Shown: one piece after another, positions 25,801 to 40,800 of the stretch
How the letters are laid out: every line of letters begins with the position of its first letter
How positions within the stretch are numbered: the first letter of the stretch is position 1
Notes under the pieces: generated by a model
Told to the model about the DNA's origin: nothing
Databases searched by the model: none
The model's input: only the letters and a program-made list of their open reading frames with translations
Program-made: the position numbers and the translations under genes
NCBI GenBank assembly: GCA_964106645.2
Contig: OZ067038.1
Length of the DNA stretch: 64,000 bases
From: Podarcis pityusensis
Taxonomy: Eukaryota
Reading direction: 5' to 3' (one strand)

Positions 25801-28800
25801 TTCCAGCTGTAAGTATATTTGGGCTGCAATAGTAAGCTCCAGACTCCGGTCTGAAACCCTGGAGAGCCTCTTATCTGTCAAGTGTAGACAATAAATGAAA
25901 ATGAGGTAGACTAATAGTCTAACTTGGTATAAGGCAACATTCTATATTCCATCTGCCCTGCCCTGGCCTTCAGTCATTACATGCTGGTTTTAAGGGATGT
26001 CTTGAACAAAAAGTTAATCGCTCTGAGCCAAATCACTGTTTTTTATAAAAGAAGCAAATATGCTCTTTTATAGCTATGTTACACCAAGCGGGACATGGGT
26101 GGTGCTGTGGTCTAAACCACTGAGCCTAGGGCTTGCTGATCAGAAGGCCGGTGGTTCGAATCCCCGCAATGAGGTGAGCTCCCATTGCTCGGTCCCAGCT
26201 CCTGCCAACCTAGCAGTTCGAAAGCACATCAAAGTGCAAGTAGATACATAGGTACCACTCTGGTGGGAAGGTAAACAGCGTTTCCATGCGCTGCTCTGGT
26301 TTTGCCAGAAGCGGCTTAGTCATGCTGGCCACATGACCCAGAAAAACTGTTGGCTCCCTCGGCCACTAAAGTGAGATGAGCGCCGCAACCCCAGAGTCGT
26401 TCACGACTGAACTTAACTGTCAGGGGTCCTTTAACTTTTTTGTGTTATACCAAAGCAGAAATAGGCTTAATGTGCACACCTTATTTTGACTGTAATTTTT
26501 GGAATTAGGAATCAAATACATTGGCGAAGTTTGGAAAAGGGCAAGGAATAAGGTTTACATAGGGATGCTATAATAAGAAGCTGAAACTGAGGAGAGTTTG
26601 GGAGATATGCAGAGCACAACTAGTGCCTCTTTCTAATCTAATCTAATCCAATGGCCTGCTCAATAAAAACCTTTATGGATAAGTATAATCCTAAAAACTT
26701 CATCTTTAATATAAAAACAAAGGTTGTTAGAAAGCCATATTCAGCTGCATGTATCTGGAACATTCCTGAGATTGAACATAGGAACACAGAAGGTTGCATA
26801 TCATCCACTTCTGCGTCTTGGGGCAGCTTTCTTGCTGAAAATGGAAGTTGGTAAGAAGGGGAGGAGCTAGACCAAAATCAGGGTTGGGGGAGACTGTATT
26901 GCTGTGCTGTGTTTGGGTAAATGACAAGTATGTTTCTATGCAGCAGCCCCCTGCCCTTGTCCCACTCTAGCAGCATTTAGTTTACTTCCTTCTATAGCTC
27001 AGCCCCAGATTTATCACTCACGTTTGTGCCAAGTAAGTCAGGAAGTCAGGTTCAAGCAGCTTGCTCAGGGTTGCCATCATGACCCCATTGGGCTGGCCCA
27101 GCTGGAGAAGGCACTGGTGAGGCTCTCGTGTGAAGATGAAGAGGGCTAAGCTGAGGAAGAGCAAGGTTCCTACAGCAGGGAAAGTACGAGTGAGTACCCC
27201 TTAGCCACCTATTCAATGTCCCCTTGCCTTTCCCAATCGGAGAGGTGACTGCCAGAACCAGGCCTGGCACCATGGAAAGACTGTGAGCATCCTTATATAC
27301 AGCCTCACCAAGACAAACCTCCTCAGCTCTGTCTTCTGACACGCAAATAGCAAGAGGAGACGCCCAAGAGGCAATTTGGGGTGGTTCTTACTAAAGGAAA
27401 GCCACTTTGTACCTTGTGGTGAGACGAGGTTCCAGTATGGCTCTGGTGCCTGCTGGCCAGCTCTCGGGGTGTCTCCTTCCATCACTGGCTCCTGAGAAGT
27501 CAAGTGGAGCACCATGGCAAAGCGATGCCACACAATGCCCCAGAGTTCGGAGGTAGCAAACTCCCGCACTACTGCTGCATCTCCCTGACAGAAGAGGAAC
27601 AAGCCCCAGAGCAGTGAGATGGGAGCCTAAACACCCTATTCTGCATTGCAGCTCAGGGATTTGGCTCATCGGAGACACCTTAATTCCGTGGATGCTCCCT
27701 CTGTAGCCTGACAGACCTAAACCCTTTCTGACTGGACCTCTCTTCCCACCTGTATCTAAAAAGCAGGAAGCTGGGCGTCCACTAAGAGGAATTGCTGCAC
27801 ATAACTCAGCTGATATGCCCAGAAAGGGCAGGGACTTAACTGCCCTCCCCATTTTGCTAGGGAATTTAAGGTCTTCATCACCACCAACTGCAACATATAT
27901 TTTCAAAGATGGAACAGGGCCAGTCCTGCAGAATCCTAAGACTCTGCTTTTATTACATTTTAGCTATCATAATATATTTTAATTGGGTGGAAGCAAACTT
28001 CTAGTCCATAAGAGGGGGAAAACAATGTGGTAATATGCAGGTGGCTATAGGTGAGAATTTGGCTGGAGTTTCTTCACGGACACAAATATACATACACAGC
28101 AAATTGTATATAAGAATAGTGCAATGTCCTCATCAGTATTTTTTTAAACTTTCAAATTCTATAGAAAGAACTGAGCCACCTAGCCAGAAAATATGCTTGG
28201 AAATTATCATATCTGTATAACTATGTTAGCAAACTGAGTTGTTTAGGTCCAGTTCTAGACTGCTGTCTTTATCTCAGTGTTACCCAACCTGGTGCCCTCC
28301 AGATGTTTGGAACTCCACCTCCCATCAGCCCCAGTTAAGTGTAGATTAGAAAATGGTTGGGGTGATGGCAATTGTGGCCCAAAACATTGAGGATGCCAGG
28401 TTGGGGAAGGCTGCTCCGTCCTTTGACCCAAAGTGGCCCTTCCAGTTGTGGATAGGGCAACCTCCAAGGAAGTCCATGAACAGACAGGACAGCACCTGGA
28501 TGAGAGCCAGTTCCCTACTGCCAAGAGCTGAGGGGCTACACATGGCCTTGGCAGAATTAAGCAAGCCATTTCTTACCCTACCCCATTCTGCTTCACCTAA
28601 CAGTAAATACTTTCCCTAATACCTCCTGGATCATTTGTGTACATCCTCTTGAGCAGCCTTTGCCAACTAGGTGCCCCCAGATGTTAGACCATAACTGTCT
28701 GTTGGACCACATGCTGGCTGGGGCTGATGGGAGCTACAATCTAGCAACATCTGGAGGTCACCAGGTTGGCCAATGCTGCTCAAGAGAATGCAAGGAAGCT

Positions 28801-31800
28801 GCTTGGTGGGGCATGAAGTCATACCTGGCTTAATAGCTGCAGCATCAAGAGCAGGAGCCCATCATAGAAGCCAGCTCCCATGGGAGGTGGCAGGCATAGC
28901 TGAAAGACACCAAGAGAAAGGACTAGACCTGAGACAGTGACCTCAAAGTCAACCACTATATGGCATGACAAGCATGACCCAGCCAGTGGCTTATGTGTCC
29001 TGATTTGCCCCTGTCTGTCTGGAGCTGGTTTCTTACCTCCGCAGGTTCTGTGAATACAGTAGCTATAATGGCCATAGCTTCCTCTTGCCTGATCATCACA
29101 GCAGCGCCATTTTGAATGAAGCATGTCAGCAGCAATCCTGCAGCACTCTGCATAAGACAGAGAGACCCCTCTGTGTGCAGGAATGGCCAGAATGCCTTCT
29201 TTACTTGAACTGGATGCAAATCTAGTTATTAGACTCCCCGCAGGAATGGCAATGCTGCTTTCTCCTTCATAGTCTACAGAAGTCCAACTCCGATACCTCT
29301 GGTATGACAGGGTAACAGGCAGACCATTTCTTTGCAGTCCAGAAGTATCTAGTACACATTTGTGGGAACAGTGGGATACCTCTTTTTCACAGCTTGTGAA
29401 GCTCTGTCTACAATACCTCCAACTGTGTGAAGGAAGATAACTGTTTGGTCCTTTCCTTGACCTTAGTGAGAATCCATCACTCGCCATCGGGTGCAGTGTG
29501 GAAGAGTTTCTCGTGAGTACAAACCTAAAGCTGGGGCTACTGACAATCAGATTACACATATGGGGTAAAAGAATCTATATAGACAGTTCTAAACTCTACC
29601 CTGGAGTAGAGATTACTCACTAGAACAGAGGTAGCTGTTGCATGGTTGAAAAGAGCCATGGCTTCCTTCAGCACTATTTCAGACCTAAACCACAATCAAA
29701 GAAATAGCAGCATTAGAAGGATGAAGCAACGGATGCCAAGGCCCTCATCTTCAAAGCTAGCAATACTTGCCAGACACTTAAGTGTGTGCCTGGAAAAGGA
29801 ACGGCAGCCGAAAACTAAGGCTGGGGCTGCACTGTGGCTCAAAAAATGTGGTTATGTTATGTAGCAGCTTCAGGGGAATCCTAAAAACCAGTAATTTCAT
29901 TTTCTAAATATATAAAAAAAACTTCTTGGCAGCATTGTTGCTCACTGCTGGGTACTTTCTGCTTCAGACTAAGAAACCATCAGTTCAGCACGGCTTACAG
30001 TCACCAGAAGTCTAGTCCTTAACACAGGTGCCAGCTCTCTCCTTATGCATACTCTGTGTAAATAGCTGGGAGGCTATTGCTACTGGGCCCCACTTTGGGC
30101 AAGCTGCTCCTGAGTTTAGGACAGCTACAGCAAACATTAAAAGAGTGTAGTGGGAGGGATGTATCTGCTTACAGAGCACAGTAAAGCACCATTGTACATC
30201 TTCCTGCAAAACATTTCTTGGACTGGCACGTTTTGCGATGGGGCATATCCCTCAAAACCAGGGTTGTGTCAAGCGCCTCCCCATTTTAGCACTGACTCTC
30301 CTTACTTCTTGCCAATCCACTTCTTGCCAATCCACACAACTCAAGTTAAGTCTCTGCGAGCCCTTTCCCTTGTTCCCAAGCAGTCAAGGCAAGAATATGA
30401 ACGGTGCCAAAGCAACAACACTTACTGAGGTGGGAGGATCTGTAGCTGGAGGAGCAGGAGGGAGAAGAGTCTCAGTGAGGCTTCAGCTGCCTGTACCTGT
30501 GCCACTTCAGTCAGTGGGACCTTTCAAAGAGACAAGGCTCAGTCCTGAAACACTGGCCCCATAAACCATCACCTTTCCATCCCATATCCACTCCTAAGAG
30601 AAGCTACCCAATGTTCCTCTCACAATGTTTTGCTCTAAAACCATGGTTATCTCAGCGCCCGTCCCCTGCCCATGCCAATCATGTTGGAACGCCTCTCCTG
30701 TTTCCACACCATCCTTTCCCTGATACAGTTTCCAGTTCCTTGCTCATTAACTCTCAAACCCCAGCATCTCTGATTAAATAAGGATCAGGGAGCAGGTTGA
30801 CGAGAAAGACCCCCTGACTGAGACCAGGGAAAGACACTTCCAGTCAGAGTGGACAATATCAGATGGAAAAATAGTTTGACCTGGTAAGAGGCAGCTTCCT
30901 TTCTCCCCCACCCCACCTTCTTAGGGCTGAGACTTTGCATGTGCTCATGATGAGGCAGTTCTCTTTCAGTTTCAGAATAAAAAAATACCTTGCCTTGCAG
31001 GGCACAAATCAGGGAGCTCAGCCTTTCTGGTGTTGCTAAGCGATGGCACAGAGTCAGACTGACATGGCAACAGGCATACAGGACCTGGGTGATGGAAATG
31101 CAAAGCAATATCAGACCACTGAGACATCACCACTTTCTTCCCAAGTGAGGAGGGAAAAGGGAATGCATTAAGGCATGTTGCCTCCAAGGATAAGATGCCC
31201 TGGGCACCAGTTCCCCGACTCCCAGAGAAGCAAAGGGAACATGGGGAGACGCGTTACCTTCATCCCATTAAGAGAAGAGGCAGAGCGCTCAATTCCTGAG
31301 AGAAGACTTGGAAGCAGGTCATTATCTTTCTCAATGAGCTTCTGGGCTACGTGCTGAGAGATCTGCAATGGAAATCCCTTGCCTTCAGTGCTAACACCAT
31401 TATCAGTTTCCACCACTTGAGGGAGCAATATAGCCAACTTCTCAGAAACATAAATGCCAATAAGACTCCCACCTGCTTTTTGGCCTTATGACATGTGCTG
31501 TGCCCTCCTGGGATGCCGCAGGATGCAGCTAGGGCTGCAGTAGAGGCAACTGCCAAGTGTTCACTCCACTCTTGCACTGCCTTTGCTTCTTTGGGGAACA
31601 CTGTTGGGGGTTGGGGAGCAAACAGAATACACCAAGAAGGTTAAATACACCAACTGGAAGTGGAACAGAAATGCCACTTACAGTGATATTATCTATTATT
31701 GTCTACTTTTATTTGTCACTTTTTTGCTCAAAGTGGACCCAAATGCATCCTCCATATAAAAGGGAGGTCTACTACATCCATCCTACCTTTAAACCATCAA

Positions 31801-34800
31801 ATTAAGAGTGAAAAGCCTGGGTAAAAGAAACACTTTTGCCTAGTGCATAAAAATAGAGATGACACTAGGCTTGCCTCTCTGGGCAGAGCACTCCATAATT
31901 AGGCAGCCACCACTGAAAAGGCCTCTTTTCATAGAATCGTAGAGTTGGAAGGGACCCCAAGGTTCATCTAGTCCAACCCTCTGCAATACAGGAATCTCAA
32001 CTAAAGCATCCATGACAGATGACCATCCAACCTCTGCTTAAAAACTTCAAAGGAAGGAGAGTCCACAACCTCCCAAGAGAGACCACTCCACTGTTGAACA
32101 GCTCCTACTGTCAGAAAGTTCTTTCAGATGTTTAGTCTGGAATCAGGAGGCATTTTGCATTATCCCAAAATGCAGTCAGATGGGCACATTCTCCACAGCA
32201 TTTGTTACCTTCCTGAGCTGGCTGCTTACAGCTAGCCTCGTGGCAGAGCACATCCAGAAGGCGGTGATGCTCCTCAAACAAGCTGGTGTAAAAGGGAATG
32301 GAGATGGATGGGCAGGCACAATCCATGCTCTCACACAAGTGGATGAAGCACTGTAAGGATAAGAGACAAGAGATGCTGTTGCAGTGAGGATAGTATAGGT
32401 CTGGGAGTTGTGGGGAGCCTAGAGCAAGAGTGGGGAAACTTTTTTAACCTGAGGCCCGCATTCCCTTCTGGGCAACCTTCCAGAAGCCCTATGCTATGCT
32501 GTATGTAGCCAAAGACAAAAGAGGGCACAGAAATGAATGTACTACAAATATGTTATATATTTTGGGATGTAGGAACAATAGCTGCTCCTCATCTTTGAAA
32601 AAGTCAAACTCTGGGTTGGAACCCATTTCTGTCCCAAGCCTTAAAACACACAGGTTCCAGGGGTAGGCAGGGAGAAGTGAACATTAAATTGAGACGAAAA
32701 CTGAATTAAATTTAATATAGTTTCCCTTAAATTAAATTTAATGAAATTAAATTGAGCATTAAACATTAAAAGGATGCTGAAGGGAGAGGGAGAGAGACTG
32801 AGACAAGATGGAGATGAGTAGACCAGGAGATAGGAGGCTTCAAAGGGACCCTTACCATCAGGCTTTGTTCTCGCAGCCTGCTCTCTTGGTCTGTGGGCTG
32901 AACCAGCAGTGCAGGTAACAGGGCAAGGAAGCGACTGGCAGAACTGTGGAATGCCTGCAAACTAGAGAAATATCTGTGTTTATAGGTTCGACATAGAAGC
33001 TTAGCCTTGAAACATGGCAGTGAGCTCAACACAGGCACTCAGATTCTCCCTTTCTTTGGCCAGTACTGTATAATTGTGTAATGCTCAGAAACTGTATGAT
33101 GACAGGTAACTAGGGACATTATATGCCATTTCCAGTTCTCAGACTAAATAATGGCACAAGGCATCAGAGTGGGGAATGAAACTGCTTCTTTTTGGTATTT
33201 ACTGTATTCATGCACACTGTGCTTTAATTTTGCCTACTCCCATACTGCCGACAACATAGGATAATTCACCTTCATATTTCATCTGCCATGAAAGTGTCTT
33301 ACCTTTGCTTCTTTCCACTCTGCTGTCGGTTGAAATCACTGGCAAAGTAGGCTGACAGGACAGTGATTAAGTCTATCAGTAGGGTGATGTACCAGGGCTG
33401 CTGTAGGATAGAGAGAGAGGTATGTGTTCTTGGGGCTGGATTCCAACTGGTTGGGTGCCCCATAGAAAGAACCAGTAATCAAGAACTACCAGAATCATCT
33501 GCCAAGGTAAGAAGAAAGGGAGGAGGAGGAAACTAACAGAGTTCTGAGTAAAGTGGGTTGAATTCTGTGCCAAATTTAACCTTTGTACAGATGCACAGAA
33601 TCTGTAGAGGAAAGACTTTTCCATTACAGTGTAAACTCCATGCGGCACAAAATTTGGGATCACAGAATGAGGCTTTAAAATAATCTCACCAATAAATGTT
33701 TTTAGTTCCCAGAGTTATCCACATATATGTTAAACATGCTGGTATCAGCTGTGGTAAGGTCAGACACCCTGGAGGTTTCAAGCAATCAGGTGATAAAGTT
33801 ACTCAGCCAAGCCCTCAGTTCCTAGCCCCTTGCCCGCCATTCATACCTCCTCTTCTTCCTAGCTGCTTATGATTCTTGTCAAAATATCCCAGATTCTGCA
33901 GAACACTCTAACAGTGCTTTTAACCTTGTGCAAGTTAAATACTTTTACATAATGAACCTTCTTTTTTTTAAAAAAATAATCCAAATACTATATGCTTAGT
34001 TTGGATTATAGTCCAATAAGAAAAAGGTCCAAATAACAGCCTGCTATGCACCTAGATGCTTTAACTCTTCAAAATGCAAGTACCAGACATGGTGTCCTCC
34101 AGATAATGTGGTCATCATCCCTGACCATTGGCCATGCTGGGAGGGAGGGAGTTGTAGTCCAAAGCATCTGGAGGGCACCATGTTCGCTACCCCCTGTTTT
34201 GGCGAATGCCTCTTCTCTACCTGCTTGATGTTGATACTCTCTAGGATACTTCCCGCTAACTCCACAAGGAAGTGGGATAATCCTGTGTCACTGCAGAAGT
34301 TGTACAACAGCTCTGTGTCACAGCGGGTACTTAACAAGTTGCCAATAACATGGAGGGCAGGGCGAAGATGGGAAGCTCCCTCCAGCATTCCCTCCAGCAC
34401 CTGTATAAGGAAAAGGGGTAAATGTACATAGGACATACAACTCGTCCCCATACAGGGTAAGAGTCATGGCAGAAACAGAGACCTTCCCCACACCAATGCC
34501 TAAAGTGCTCTGGAAACACCATACAAACTACTGATTCCACAGTCACTCTGTCTTCAACAGCATCACAGCACACTCTCGCCATCCCAAAATTCATCCATGA
34601 GATGTTGCTCCCAACTAAAGAGTTAATGACATGCCCAGCTTCCTTTCTAGGATCCACACATTTTTATAAGACCTCTATACCCTGTCAATTCTTAAGAGTC
34701 TCCATCTTTCCAAGCTGTCCCTAGTCTCTATGTATGTGGCTCATCATGTACTAGCTGAAAGGCCAAAACTACCAAAGGAATTCAACAAGGAAAGAGAGTT

Positions 34801-37800
34801 TCCACCAGTTTCTTTCCTCTTCTCTCTGTAGGAAATCTCGCTTAGCTTCTGAAGGACATACCCAGCATACAGCAAACATACCGTGTGTGTGTGTGTGTGT
34901 ATTTAGCCCTTCCCTACAACTCACCTGCCGACCAGAATCCTTGAGTCGGGCATGGATGCGCTGCACAAAAGCAGGGTCTCCCAGAAGGCTCAGTGGGGCA
35001 CTCAGCTGCACATGGGCAGGATCTGTGGCATCTATCAAGTGCTGCCACTCCTCATCGCTATCCAACTCCTAAGAGGCAAGAGTGAGTCAGTGAGGACTGC
35101 CACCATCAGAAAGCCAAGAAAGTACTTCCTTGCAACTATTCAAATGACTGTGGTACCTGGCCATGCGCTCACCTCAGTCTCCAGATCTACAGTGTCAATG
35201 CTCCGTCTGCCTCGTGCTTCTGCTCTGCCACTTTCTGGCCTCAGCTCTGGGAATTCCCGTTCGTAATCCTGTGTGATCCGATTCTCTCTGTCCATGAAGA
35301 AGAGGGATGAGAGGCTGAAGGCAGGCTACACAGCAATGAAATGTTCTCACCCCAGCTTTGGTTTTCTCTTGTAAAGGACCCCTGGACGGTTAAGTCCAGT
35401 CAAAAGCGACTATGGAGTGTAGCACTCATCTCGCTTTCAGGCCGAGAGAGCCAGTGTTTGTCCGCAGACAGCTTTCCAGGTCATGTGGCCAGCATGACTA
35501 AATCGCTTCTGGTGCAACGGGACACCGTGAAGAGTGCCAGAGAGCACAGAAATGCCATTTACCTTCCCACCACAGTGATACCTATTTATCTACTCACAAT
35601 GGTATGCTTTCAAACTGCTAGGTTGGCAGAAGCTGGGACATATATATGTCAGCTAATTCAGTTGTTTCCAGTGTTGTCTTGGTCATTTGGTATTACTTAG
35701 AGCAACAGTATCTCTATCTGAAAATCCTGCAAGCTGGAACTTACGTTTCTATGTATAACTTTGTCCAGAGCTGTTTTGCTGAGCCTATGACTTCTACAGC
35801 AGTAAAAGATTTGGACCTTACTCTGATTCTGTGTGGTGTTTGGTACTGCCAGCTTTAGATCCACACTTCCCTTGCACATGTATCATACACCACATTCCCA
35901 ACAAAATAAAGGCATTTAAACTCCTTCTTCTCACCGAGGTGTGGGGGAAGATTCCTTTTGCTCCCACTCCATCCCCTTTCCTCCAAGGCTAGGGTGCCTC
36001 TGTTCTCCAGTGCCAGGAGCTGCCCGATTCGCTTCCCTGGGATCTGTCTGAGCAAGGCAGGCTTTGCGTGTGTGGCTCTGGACCCCCTTGGGGGTTTCTT
36101 CCTTAAACGAAGCCCTGGATTTCCCCATCTCCTGTAAGAAGTCAAGCAACACAGGATGATTCTAATGGACCGGACCCCACCATACCATAAGTCGCCTTGC
36201 CAGCAATGGTACTACCTGCCTCTCACCTTTCTCCGAGCCTCCTGGGCCATCTTCTGCCGTGCTTTCCTCAAGATCTTTGACTGGCCACTGTGAGGGGCCA
36301 GCGAGTGTGTTTGCTGCTCTTTCAGGGCCTGCAGTTCAGGAGGCAGTTTGCTGGTGAAAGGGCTGGTAATGCCTTGATCCGCTGTGTCATCAATCACTGC
36401 AAAAGAGAAGGTTCATGTCGGTGCCTGGGCTTTCTTGAATCGGGCTCTGTAAGGAAAGGCAGATGCAGGAGCCAGATGGGGGGAAATTGCAAGTAAGCAT
36501 GGCAGCTGGTACTCACCAGTGACCCGCCCTGCAATGAAGGGGTGATAGAGTAACTCTGGCCAGGACAGGCGCTGCCGAGGGTCTTTCATCAAGAGGCCTT
36601 GCAAGAAGCTCTACACAGTAATGAGAGATGGTCACTTGCACGTCCTCACACTACTTATAGTCTATAACCCCAGCTGCTAATTTTAACAAGGAAAACCTTG
36701 GAACCAATGAAATTTCTTGGTCGCTGTGGGAAGAGTCTATTCAATCCATGCATACAAAAAGCACATTTTCCAGAATGTTCCCATTTTTTTTCATTTTTAA
36801 GTTTCTAGCTCTGAAGATTACTGAAAAAAGTCTTGCAAACATGGCTGTATATTCTGCCTTAAGAAAGAAACCTGGTGGCCCCAATACTACCAAAACATGT
36901 TTGCACACAGAGCTACATTCCTTGGCACAGATGTAGCAATGTGGTGTTCTTCAGACATTGTGGACAACATTTCCCTAACCACTGGCCATGCTGGCTGTGG
37001 CTGATGCAGTCAAAATTATTGGGGGGCATCCCTGCCTTAGCAAGTACACTCATCTCAGTCTAATCCCCACAGGGAGTGGGGTAGGATAAGGATTGGAGAA
37101 TGCACTTAAAAGCTGCATTTCTACCTTTCAGACATACACACCAACAGTGTGAAAGAGGCCAAGTGGCATGAGTGAACAAAATCTAAGGCGTTCAAGCTTC
37201 TAAGGAGAGAACAAACTCAAACCACAGATACATACAGTGTAATGCCAGAGATACAGATAGCTGAATTTGAGTCATGGGAAACCCAAAAGTATAAGCTTCT
37301 AGAGCAAAATATATCTCTTATGGCCCTTAGTAGGGCAATCTATCTTACAGGGCTCTTGTGTGTGGATAAAATGAGACTAAAGAAGCAATGCATCTAAACC
37401 TGCCCTGAGATCACTGGATGGAGTGGGGAAGGCATTTAAGTACAGTTACCTTGAAGTTGGGGCTCATGTTTTTTGGCCACTTGATGGGGTCCTTGATGAT
37501 CAAGCTCACCAACTGGAAGATGCTGTTGGTGTAGAAGGGTGGTGTCCCCACACACAGCTCATACAGAATGCATCCCACTGACCAGAGGTCAGCTGTGTGG
37601 TCGTAGGGTTTCTCTTCCACTAGCTCAGGTGCCATATACAGTGGCGTGCCTTTTATAGATGTCAGCACCATGGTGTGAATACTCATTGCACGGGCAAACC
37701 TTCCCAGGAAAGAAAGAAGACAACTGAGACCTTTCAGTAATGAGACCAGAGATTGGTTGGGGAGATCAGTTCTTAACGTACCTACCCAAAGTCACAGAGC

Positions 37801-40800
37801 TTGATCACTCCTCCTTTCCCAAGAAGGATGTTTTGGGGTTTCATGTCACGGTGCAAGATTCGGTGGGAATGCAGATAATAGAGCGCCGAGACCAACTGAG
37901 AGGCAATATCTTGCACCTGAAAGAAAATGACAACCCTGATACTTTGCAAAGCCCATTTAATCCTGTAGGGATGCTCCACATCTCCAGCACAAAACTTCCA
38001 TTTCCTTTTGTTATCTTTGCTGATGCCCCTCAATTGTGAATCACAAGTCCTTCCCCAACACACAGAAATCTATTTGTATTATCCTAAGACAATTAGATCT
38101 ATTTTTATCCTTGAGGGCAGCAGAGAGCAAGCATTTCCACTCTTCTATGTACCCTTCAGGTATTTTATTTTTTTTAATGATTTTTATTAAAATTTCAATA
38201 AAAGTTAAACAGAAAAACATAAAAGTATAAATACAAAAACACACAATACATAATCCAAAAAGAAAAGGAAAACACAGAAAACAAAATACAAAAAAAAACA
38301 ACTAGAAAGAAACAGAACAATTAAAAACAATATCACTTTTCCATTTCCGTTTTTGAATTTACTTATTTTCTGGACTTCCTCATACCTCCCTCTTTTGTAT
38401 TCCAGTCCAAATTGTTTGTCCAGCAATTTCTTTTCCACTTTTTTAATCCCAATCTTTAATCTTAATATAACCAAATTTCCAATTCCTTAAACATCTTTAA
38501 TCCTAATCTTTAATCTTAGTCTATCAATAACTTTAACCTGTACAGCTGGAAACTACTTATTTTCGATCCAACATCACTCTAACATTCCTTAATTTTGCAA
38601 TGTTTCTGAAGATAATCTTTGAATTTCTTCCAATCTTCCTCCACCAACTCTTCTCCCTGGTCACGGATTCTGCCAGTCATTTCCGCCAGTTCCATATAGT
38701 CCATCAATTTCATCTGCCATTCCTCCAGCGTGGGAAGTTCTTGTGTCTTCCAATACTTTGCGATGAGTATTCTTGCTGCTGTTGTTGCATACATAAAGAA
38801 AGTTCTATCCTTTTTTAACACCATTTGGCCGACTATGCCCAGGAGAAAGGCCTCTGGTTTCTTAGGGAAGGTATATTTAAATACCTTTTTTAATTCATTA
38901 TATATCATTTCCCAGAAAGCCTTAATCTTTGGGCACGTCCACCAAAGGTGAAAAAATGTACCTTCAGTTTCTTTACATTTCCAACATTTATTATCGGGCA
39001 AGTGATAGATTTTTGCAAGCTTGACTGGGGTTATGTACCACCTGTATATCATTTTCATAATATTCTCTCTTAAGGCATTACATGCCGTAAATTTCATACC
39101 TGTGGTCCACAACTGTTCCCAGTCAGCAAACATAATGTTATGTCCAACGTCCTGTGCCCATTTAATCATAGCCGATTTTACCATTTCATCCTGAGTATTC
39201 CATTTCAGCAGCAAGTTATACATTCTTGACAAATTCTTAGTTTTGGGTTCTAACAGTTCAGTTTCTAATTTTGATCTTTCCACCTGGAAGCCAATTTTCT
39301 TGTCCAATTTAAATGCCTCTGTACCCTTCAGGTATTTGAAGACTGCAATCATGTCCATCTGCTGCTAGACTCCAGATTCAACGCTAGTTCAAAACACATA
39401 TGTTCACTCAGGCATCACTTGAAGTGTGACTCCAGATATTCTTATTTATTTAGGATAAGGGCTGTAGCTCAGTGGCAGAGCTTTGCATACAGAAGGTCCC
39501 AGGTTCAATCCTCAGCATCTCTAGATAGGGCTGGCAATGTCCCTTGTCTAGAACACTGGAGAGTCACTGCCAGTCAAAGCAAACATAATTGAGCTAGATG
39601 GACTAATGGTTTGGCTCAAGGCAGCTTCCTATCTTCTTATTAATAATCATGGTGAATTTTATACTGAGTATGTAATGTTTTATGGTTTATTGTGTTTTTA
39701 TATTGTACCATACACCACTTTTGATATTCCAATTTGAGCAATATATAAATTGGTTTAAAAAATTAATAAACAAAAAGACATACAGTACCAACTTCCTTAA
39801 ACCTTTCCTTGATTTAAGCTGTTCTAATATCATCCCTGGTATCAAATTCAGAGGGATGGGTCTCCAGTTTCTCAGATCATCTTTTTAAAGATTAGGACTG
39901 TCTTGTAAGCACCTCAGTCACTATTCCAGGAAATGTAACAGGTTCATGTCAAAGTACACAGCTGGAGGGTTTATGGTCTAGCAGAGACTGACACCTACCC
40001 ACACTCCAGCTACTCTCCCATTCCTGGAGTCATTCATCACACTGAATCCCCACTCACTCTTCTTGTCATAGTTACCTGCTCCTCAGGCAAGTTCCCATCA
40101 TCCTCAAGGATCTGAAAAAGCTCCCCTTCAGCATAATCTGTCACTACCACAACCTGAAGGAGATAAACAAGACAAGAATGCCAATGAGAACATTTTCAAA
40201 GGTGGGACACTTGTGGGTAGGGAATGACAATATGACTAAGCTCTCTGTGCTGTTTGAAGCCAACAGGAAACCACCATCAAAAGAAGAGTGTGCAGCAGCT
40301 ACCAACACATTCTTATTTGATGAAGGTCCCTATGGAGAGCTCCAAACTCTAAGTGTGTTGGGACATTCTTTGGATATTGTCATTCTGCTGATAGGACTTG
40401 GCAGGTTAATTGCCTGATGCAGCCTCATGAACCAATAGGCTTGATGTGGCAATCCAAACTTCCACAGACAAGATGTGTAATTGAGATAGCTGTTACCAAA
40501 ATGGATAAATTTTAGTTCACTCCTCCTAGGTACTCATTGAGACATCTGGAGAACACCATATAACCTAAATTTCATCAAACAAAATGTAGCCATTTTCAGG
40601 CCTTTCTGCTTCTTGGGGGATTTTCCACAGAGCCAGGAAGACACCATTTTCTTCTTCACCTCCCACATTTAAAAAGGACTCCCAGCAAGTCCCTTACCTC
40701 TTTATCAGTTTCAAAACTGTCAAGCATCTGGACAATGTTGGGATGATGAAGCCCCCTCATGATCTCAATCTCTCGCTGCAAATTCTTCAGCTCTTTCTGC

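Noticed and set aside
28819-29559. 246-aa minus-strand ORF
   Set aside because: Only the last 25 or so codons are STK36 exon 22; the rest is intron plus exon 21 read out of frame.
38579-39358. 259-aa ORF as a host or domesticated gene
   Set aside because: It is the C-terminal part of L1 ORF2 fused by chance to a CR1 remnant across the TSD.
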